A DNA stretch of 11,372 nucleotides from a virus (taxonomy: Duplodnaviria; Heunggongvirae; Uroviricota; Caudoviricetes). The notes beneath the pieces were generated by a model that was given only the letters and a program-made list of their open reading frames with translations, had not been told where the DNA came from and did no database searches. Location of the stretch: positions 1 to 11,372 of the IMG/VR virus record IMGVR_UViG_2529293140_000004; one strand, given 5' to 3'. Every line of letters starts with the position of its first letter. Position 1 is the stretch's first letter. The translations under genes were made by a program, and so were the position numbers. Positions 6,675 to 11,372 of the stretch are shown one piece after another.

Positions 6675-6986
6675 TCAGGCTGCTGAGGTTTCTTCTTTCA
6701 GGCTTTCGATATATTTACGTGGGTCGTCGTAACATTGGCATTCGCTGTACCAATCTACCCAGCGATCCGTAAGCCCCATCTCTGATAAATCTTCATCAGT
6801 AATGCTCTCATCCCACATCTCAAGGCCGTTAGCATTGCAGTAGTCAGGCTTGATATTGTTGTCATACTGAAAGGCATCATAATCAGCCAGTGCATCCATC
6901 AGGCGAACACCCTCTTCAACACTTGCCACTTCTACAATGAACGGCTTCATAGGTACTTGCGGGATATGCCAGACACGTAATTTCAT
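6675..6986 (-). CDS. Hypothetical protein, 103 aa (MKLRVWHIPQVPMKPFIVEV…)
   Basis: ORF track 6675..7040 trimmed: ATG 6986..6984 has a strong SD (GGAGG), and the 5' extension would run through a terminator hairpin at 6999..7027. Confidence 0.55.
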   Translation of the reverse strand: MKLRVWHIPQVPMKPFIVEVASVEEGVRLMDALADYDAFQYDNNIKPDYCNANGLEMWDESITDEDLSEMGLTDRWVDWYSECQCYDDPRKYIESLKEETSAA

Positions 6987-6998
6987 ATATCCTCCATC

Positions 6999-7027
6999 AA
7001 AAAAATTGCCCTCACACTGGAGGGCAA
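6999..7027 (-). terminator. Putative intrinsic terminator (minus strand) between the accessory block and the recombination block
   Basis: 8-bp GC-rich stem ttgccctc(7006-7013)/gagggcaa(7020-7027) with 6-nt loop; on the minus strand it is followed by T7 (plus A-run 6999-7005), then SD and ATG of the 103-aa gene. Confidence 0.5.
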
Positions 7028-7087
7028 AGAAGATTTCCAATAATCAGAACAAGTCGGCTCCTGTTTAGTTACGAGCGACATTGCTCC

Positions 7088-7115
7088 GTGTATTCACTCG
7101 TTGGAATGAATACAC
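7088..7115. repeat. Perfect 9-bp inverted repeat gtgtattca N10 tgaatacac
   Basis: Read directly from the sequence in the intergenic region between the 62-aa ORF and the terminator; no adjacent T-tract, so more likely a protein-binding site or RNA hairpin than a terminator. Confidence 0.4.
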
Positions 7116-7120
7116 AGTGC

Positions 7121-7309
7121 TTATTCGTCATGCATTTCAGGTAATTCTTCGTATTCGACGCCCCATACGTTTTCACACCAACTAACTCGCTCATATCTTT
7201 TACAAAAATCAGACCACATAACTTGTGTTCCATCATGGTTTGTTATTATTTCTGTAATATCACCAACACTAACAAAACTGGTATTAGAAGCAGTTATTTT
7301 TACTTTCAT
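7121..7309 (-). CDS. Hypothetical small protein, 62 aa
   Basis: ORF track; SD GGAG 7 nt before ATG 7309; start overlaps the stop of the upstream gene (TAATG). Confidence 0.5.
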   Translation of the reverse strand: MKVKITASNTSFVSVGDITEIITNHDGTQVMWSDFCKRYERVSWCENVWGVEYEELPEMHDE

Positions 7310-7656
7310 TACTTATCTCCAAGAGCTTTTCTGATTGCTGCAAGACCTTTATTAACAGCTCCATACCATTCTGGATATGTTGTCGTTGTTCTATTTTTGG
7401 TTTGCTTAAGTAGTAACTGAAGTGCTTCGAGAAGGTCAGGCGCTGCCGATATTAGATTGGCATCTTCAATGCATTGAACTTCCTCACAGATTGCAATATA
7501 CGAACGCCAGCCTGTGCCATTTTCAAGAGAGTCTGCCTGGATGATTTTAATCTCATCGCCATCCATCATTATTTCCCACTTACCTTTAGTACCTTTAAAT
7601 TCCATGTTATCCTCTGTTGTTTGTGCCAAAAATAAAGGCCGAATATTCTGCTTCAT
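7309..7656 (-). CDS. Hypothetical protein, 115 aa
   Basis: ORF track; ATG 7656..7654 overlaps the TGA of the upstream ORF (ATGA). Alternative start at 7605 (MEFKGTKGKWEI…) has a better SD (GAGGA). Confidence 0.5.
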   Translation of the reverse strand: MKQNIRPLFLAQTTEDNMEFKGTKGKWEIMMDGDEIKIIQADSLENGTGWRSYIAICEEVQCIEDANLISAAPDLLEALQLLLKQTKNRTTTTYPEWYGAVNKGLAAIRKALGDK

Positions 7657-7853
7657 TCCTCAAACTTAATCTCTGCTATTTCCCGGTCACCATCGCAAAA
7701 CAGGTAAGATTCAGGGAACTGGTTTATAAATGAAATTATTCTTTCAATTTTAATTAGCGAATATTTCTGCTCTAATGGGTTATGCGGCTTAAACGAAGCA
7801 CAGTCCAGAATCGCAGAATTGTATAAGATCCATTTGTGCATTTTTACCACCAC
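7653..7853 (-). CDS. Hypothetical small protein, 62-66 aa (weak call)
   Basis: ORF track; start is GTG at 7853 or ATG at 7841 (SD GGTGG); either overlaps the 3' end of the PP-loop enzyme gene by 50 nt or more, so the call is uncertain. Confidence 0.3.
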   Translation of the reverse strand: MVVKMHKWILYNSAILDCASFKPHNPLEQKYSLIKIERIISFINQFPESYLFCDGDREIAEIKFEE

Positions 7854-8646
7854 TAGGTGTTAGTGGTGCCTCAGATAGTGGAACACCATATTTAGTAAGC
7901 CACAAATGAGGCCACTTCATTTGTATCTCTTTTTCATGCTGACATGCTCTTTCAAAATCAGATGGGACGTTATTTTTCATATAAAGCCACAGATCATCAT
8001 CTCTGTTAGGGCACATCCAGCAAAGCGAGGCAGGTGGTGTAGGAAGACCATAATCCTCGACACATTGAATTGCCATCTGTTTAGTCATTAGCATTTCAAT
8101 AAGTGGATAGCGCCTCTGCCACTTGCCAGTTGGGTATTTCGCTCTTCGTTTAGCCTCTTCAATGCTTATCCCCATCCAACTATCCACTCCTCTTGCTGTA
8201 AGATACTTCTCTCCATATCTTTCATTTAAAAATCTCTGAATAACTTCAGTTTTCCACTTTATAGAACAAAATGCTGGTTGCTTTCCAGCGCACATTCCTT
8301 TTGAATCCCTTCCCTCGTATTCTGTGAAATATCCAGGTAGAGGAACGTCTGGATCAGGCCCATCAATGTCGTAGGTAGCAAATCTACTTTTAGGAACAAT
8401 CAGGTAATCAACACCCATATCTTCACAAATAGGAGCTATATATTTTTTCTGATATTCAAATACATTACTTGCCTCACGTTCTGTATCTGACATAACGATA
8501 ATGTCAGGCTTTGGAAGAACGCCAGCATGTACTAAGCAGATTATTGCGTTACTTTGAGTACCACCACCGGAAGAAATAACATTTAGTCTTTCTGGATTAT
8601 GCTTGAATTCTCTTCTTGGTATGAATTTACTTGTAAATCCTGGCAT
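7789..8646 (-). CDS. PP-loop ATP pyrophosphatase superfamily protein (PAPS reductase/DndC-like), 285 aa
   Basis: ORF-track product carries an N-terminal PP-loop (SSGGGTQS) and C-terminal cysteine pairs (CWMCP and CDSGLC); strong SD AAGGAG 5 nt before ATG 8646. AT-rich by eye compared with neighbouring genes. Confidence 0.75.
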   Translation of the reverse strand: MPGFTSKFIPRREFKHNPERLNVISSGGGTQSNAIICLVHAGVLPKPDIIVMSDTEREASNVFEYQKKYIAPICEDMGVDYLIVPKSRFATYDIDGPDPDVPLPGYFTEYEGRDSKGMCAGKQPAFCSIKWKTEVIQRFLNERYGEKYLTARGVDSWMGISIEEAKRRAKYPTGKWQRRYPLIEMLMTKQMAIQCVEDYGLPTPPASLCWMCPNRDDDLWLYMKNNVPSDFERACQHEKEIQMKWPHLWLTKYGVPLSEAPLTPSGGKNAQMDLIQFCDSGLCFV

Positions 8647-8647
8647 G

Positions 8648-8779
8648 TTATCTCCTTGTCTTTACAATTTGATAATCCTGACCTGTTTGTTTAGCGTATT
8701 GCTCAGCCTGTTCTTTTGTTTTGAAAGAGTTTCCGCAAACCCATCTACCGCAACTTCTGTATTGAATTTGGTAGCTCAT
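8648..8779 (-). CDS. Hypothetical small protein, 43 aa (MSYQIQYRSCGRWVCGNSFKTKEQAEQYAKQTGQDYQIVKTRR)
   Basis: Hand-translated ORF below the track threshold; SD GAGGGGTGA upstream of ATG 8779; its TAA stop sits inside the SD of the PP-loop enzyme gene. Confidence 0.4.
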   Translation of the reverse strand: MSYQIQYRSCGRWVCGNSFKTKEQAEQYAKQTGQDYQIVKTRR

Positions 8780-8838
8780 ATCTCACCCCTCATACAGTGG
8801 TTTGCTGCCTAATTTCATTTTCTGGCGACCAACACAAG

Positions 8839-9222
8839 TCACCTTGCTGTCAGTTGTTTTGATTTCCTGTAGCCTGCCGCGTAAAGAGCTACATTTGGAA
8901 GACATACACCAGTTTCTGGTTGCCTATGCCCAAACTCATTCGCGTACACAATGGCCGCTCTCTCCAGATTGCGTCTGTATTCTTTCTGTTGCCAGATCAC
9001 GTCCTGTGCCATGAACTTAATTGGCTTAGCGTCTTCTATGCGCTCAGGCGTTTCGTGAGTACCTTTAGCCTGAATCTGCGCTCTGCTTAGAGTAGGGCGG
9101 TGTAATACTTCTGAACTTATTGCTTCTTCGCGGGCCAGTACGCCGTTAGCTAATGCCTTTGCCTTTAAACGCTCACGACGACGAGAACGTGAATTGCCTT
9201 TGAACTGAGTTCTGCGTGTCAT
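8839..9222 (-). CDS. N: N-like transcription antitermination protein, 127 aa
   Basis: First gene downstream of pL/nutL; strong SD AGGAGGT before ATG 9222; N-terminal arginine-rich motif (KGNSRSRRRERLKAKALA) like the ARM of lambdoid N proteins; the upstream boxB is P22-type. Confidence 0.6.
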   Translation of the reverse strand: MTRRTQFKGNSRSRRRERLKAKALANGVLAREEAISSEVLHRPTLSRAQIQAKGTHETPERIEDAKPIKFMAQDVIWQQKEYRRNLERAAIVYANEFGHRQPETGVCLPNVALYAAGYRKSKQLTAR

Positions 9223-9387
9223 ATAGACCTCCTGATGAACTTTGGTGGTGTGGTAGGTGGGAGACCCATTTCGACCTGTTTCGGCCTACTTCAATTCGGC
9301 AATAGTCCCGCAGGCCTCGCCGCTTTACGTGCGACATATTCCCGTCCATGAACCCTTCACCACACCCCAAAGTTCACTTTGGTTATT

Positions 9388-9402
9388 GCGCTTTGTCAGC
9401 GC
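9388..9402 (-). promoter_or_regulatory. nutL boxB hairpin, P22-type (minus-strand GCGCTGACAAAGCGC)
   Basis: Exact match on the minus strand to the P22 boxB sequence as I recall it (5-bp GC stem, GACAA-containing loop), between pL and the N-like gene. No convincing boxA was found upstream of it. Confidence 0.5.
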
Positions 9403-9463
9403 CGTAGATTCATATTCGAATCGTTGTATATTCACCGCCCTGGTGAGTAGTGCGTCCTGCTGA

Positions 9464-9500
9464 TGTGTTTAGTATCACCGCCAGTGGTATTTATGTCAAC
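9464..9500 (-). promoter_or_regulatory. pL promoter (leftward): -35 TTGACA at plus 9494-9499, -10 GATACT at plus 9471-9476
   Basis: Minus-strand read GGTGTTGACATAAATACCACTGGCGGTGATACT matches lambda pL with the operators overlapping it. Confidence 0.75.
9473..9489. promoter_or_regulatory. Operator OL1 (TATCACCGCCAGTGGTA)
   Basis: Exact 17-bp match to lambda OL1 as recalled. Confidence 0.85.
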
Positions 9501-9513
9501 ACCGCCAGAGATA
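9497..9513. promoter_or_regulatory. Operator OL2 (CAACACCGCCAGAGATA)
   Basis: Exact 17-bp match to lambda OL2 as recalled; 7-bp AT-rich spacer from OL1. Confidence 0.85.
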
Positions 9514-9516
9514 ATT

Positions 9517-9533
9517 TATCACCGCAGATGGTT
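9517..9533. promoter_or_regulatory. Operator OL3 (TATCACCGCAGATGGTT)
   Basis: Exact 17-bp match to lambda OL3 as recalled. Confidence 0.85.
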
Positions 9534-9680
9534 ATCTGTATGTTTTTTATATAGATTTATTTTTTTGCAGGGGTGTGTGGCTTGGGAGGTGATCGAGAGA
9601 TCTGAATTGCGATGTTTAGTGAGTTGTATCTATTAATTTTCAAATAAATACAATTGGTTATGTGTTTTGGGGCGAACGTG

Positions 9681-9720
9681 AGGCAAAGAAAACCCGGCGC
9701 GGTGGCCGGGTTTATTTATT
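9681..9720. terminator. tIMM-like terminator (hairpin with U-rich flanks on both strands)
   Basis: Stem cccggc(9693-9698)/gccggg(9705-9710), 6-nt loop; T-rich runs on both sides (plus tttatttatt 9711-9720; minus TTTTCTTTG from plus 9681-9692). Lies just after the stop of the 216-aa gene, and resembles the lambda terminator that follows rexB. Confidence 0.6.
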
Positions 9721-10366
9721 GCTTAGGAGCTTGTTGTGATGACGATTGGTTAGTTGGAGCGCTCGTTAATGGTTGCTGTGTCGGTACCTGTATTATAATT
9801 GGAGCCGGGCTGGTTACTGATGGTGACTTGTCATTGCCGGAGATAATCCAACTTGAGGCTAACATCACGCCAGACAGAATCACAGTAACTAAAGTCAAGC
9901 CAACGGCCATCGCCCACTGAGTCGTTGTAAGTCCCGTTTTCAAACCGCCGATTTCACCTTTAATTTCAGCAATACCTCTCTCAATAGAAGAAAATTGCTG
10001 AGTATAATAGGTTTTAAAGTCAGCTGATTCGCGACGCATTTCCGCAGCAATAGACTCTACCTCTGATTTGTTTTGTGAAAGCTTTGCGTCAAGTTCTTCT
10101 CTGGACATTCCGCTCACGCTTACCTCCAGGGTATCACTCTTCATCGCTACATCTTCCTTACTTGGGCGCAAACCCGTTTCGTCCATGGCGTATGAAACTC
10201 TATTTGATACCTTAGCATCAATACCAATACTTTGGTACTGAGATGGATCCCCATAAGGAGAAACGGTTGTCGCTGCTAGGGTTGCACTAACTATAATACT
10301 TGGAAGAACTGATGATGTTGTTCCTGAGGTAGGTTGAACTGAAGAAACTGGCTTCAGTCTTTCCAT
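9716..10366 (-). CDS. Single-pass membrane protein, 216 aa: S/T-rich N-terminus, central coiled-coil, one TM helix, S/T/P/Q-rich C-terminal tail
   Basis: ORF track. Hydrophobic segment WAMAVGLTLVTVILSGVMLASSWII; charged helical region SREELDAKLSQNKSEVESIAAEMRRESADFK. Open frame of 74 codons upstream of an alternative start (M75, with SD AAGGAAG) argues that the long form is coding. Occupies the lambda rexB position. Confidence 0.6.
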   Translation of the reverse strand: MERLKPVSSVQPTSGTTSSVLPSIIVSATLAATTVSPYGDPSQYQSIGIDAKVSNRVSYAMDETGLRPSKEDVAMKSDTLEVSVSGMSREELDAKLSQNKSEVESIAAEMRRESADFKTYYTQQFSSIERGIAEIKGEIGGLKTGLTTTQWAMAVGLTLVTVILSGVMLASSWIISGNDKSPSVTSPAPIIIQVPTQQPLTSAPTNQSSSQQAPKQ

Positions 10367-10761
10367 AGCCCATTATCCCTGAGAGCTACCTGTAATGATT
10401 TTACTAATGCAACAGCTTGATCCGGGCTCATTGAGACTGACATGTTAGGGGTCAACTCAACTTTTACTTGGAAGCTATTATTTCCTTGCTCATCAGACTG
10501 CATGTGATGCTCAAATTCATGGCGGTAAAAAGTAATGATTGTTTCAGCACGATCAGGCGTAATAAGAACTGATGTGGCGGTCATGTGCTGAGGTATGATT
10601 TTAATAGTGTTATCTGACATAAGTATCCTTTTTGTTTCCTTAGTATTTTTTTGCATTGACATCAGAAATAGCGAATCCACAAGAGTATGAGTAAAGCTAA
10701 TCAGTTTAGTGATACGGTGACTATTAAAGTGGTAAACCACATCAAAGCTCGCAGAGTGCAT
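10354..10761 (-). CDS. Hypothetical soluble protein, 135 aa (alternative 88-aa form from ATG 10620)
   Basis: ORF track; overlaps the downstream 216-aa gene by 13 nt. ATG 10761 has no SD, whereas ATG 10620 (MSDNTIKIIPQ…) has a strong AAGGA SD, so the start is uncertain. Confidence 0.5.
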   Translation of the reverse strand: MHSASFDVVYHFNSHRITKLISFTHTLVDSLFLMSMQKNTKETKRILMSDNTIKIIPQHMTATSVLITPDRAETIITFYRHEFEHHMQSDEQGNNSFQVKVELTPNMSVSMSPDQAVALVKSLQVALRDNGLWKD

Positions 10762-10812
10762 ACCAGGCTGTCACACATGACAAAGTAACGAGGATGCCTG
10801 ATCTCATAGCGC

Positions 10813-10968
10813 TCAAAGAGACATGCCGATAATGGCATTAACCACGCATGACGCCATAAACACGCCGCCAACGATGAAGCTGGCTTGGTTCTTCCTGGTA
10901 GCGCCAAGAGTCAACAGAACCACTGAAAGGGCAAAAAAAGGTATCGCGATTATGCTGAACGTGTTCAT
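10813..10968 (-). CDS. Small two-TM membrane protein, 51 aa (MNTFSIIAIPFFALSVVLLTLGATRKNQASFIVGGVFMASCVVNAIIGMSL)
   Basis: Hand-translated codon by codon, below the track threshold; SD GAGGT 4 nt before ATG 10968; two hydrophobic helices separated by TRKNQ; first gene downstream of cI, same orientation. Confidence 0.4.
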   Translation of the reverse strand: MNTFSIIAIPFFALSVVLLTLGATRKNQASFIVGGVFMASCVVNAIIGMSL

Positions 10969-11045
10969 GTTGACCTCAACTTATTTCGATTCTCCATCAC
11001 CCTTAATCCGCCGCCCCATGTGTTTGTTGTGATCCGTTGCTGGCC

Positions 11046-11372
<327 letters not shown>

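Noticed and set aside
9403-9430. nutL boxA
   Set aside because: The sequence upstream of boxB on the minus strand (ACAACGATTCGAATATGAATCTACG) does not convincingly match the CGCTCTT(T)A consensus, so no boxA is annotated.
9173-9463. ORFs 9173..9370 (-) and 9257..9463 (+) in the pL leader
   Set aside because: They overlap the N start or SD and the nutL boxB; this interval is the untranslated pL leader in lambdoid phages.
9654-9920. Plus-strand 88-aa ORF
   Set aside because: Crosses the tIMM-like terminator and runs antisense to the 216-aa membrane protein gene; no SD.
10701-11032. ORFs 10701..10907 (-) and 10823..11032 (+) between cI and the 135-aa gene
   Set aside because: Replaced by the 51-aa two-TM ORF at 10813..10968 in a third frame, which has an SD, fits the operon orientation and gives a clean hydrophobic product; the other two lack an SD and overlap each other.

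Overview
This window is the leftward early (pL) operon of a mosaic lambdoid prophage, almost entirely coded on the minus strand. Reading right to left: the 3' part of a lambda-type cI repressor gene (runs off the right edge and appears frameshifted relative to lambda cI), a three-gene membrane-associated cassette sitting where lambda carries rexA-rexB, a tIMM-like terminator, the three lambda OL operators overlapping a pL promoter, a P22-type nutL boxB, an N-like antiterminator, an AT-rich accessory block containing a PP-loop (PAPS reductase/DndC-like) enzyme, a terminator, a recombination block (coiled-coil protein, cIII, kil, Rad52-like annealing protein, SSB), a long chain of translationally coupled small ORFs, Ea22-like and DUF551-like proteins, and finally xis ending at position 1 (int would lie beyond the left edge). 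No rRNA, tRNA, CRISPR array or IS element was seen. The strongest candidate for an undescribed system is the cassette at 9716..10968 in the rexAB slot; the second is the PP-loop enzyme block at 7121..8779 in the ral/sieB position. All identifications rest on reading the sequence and recalled family signatures; no database search was run.
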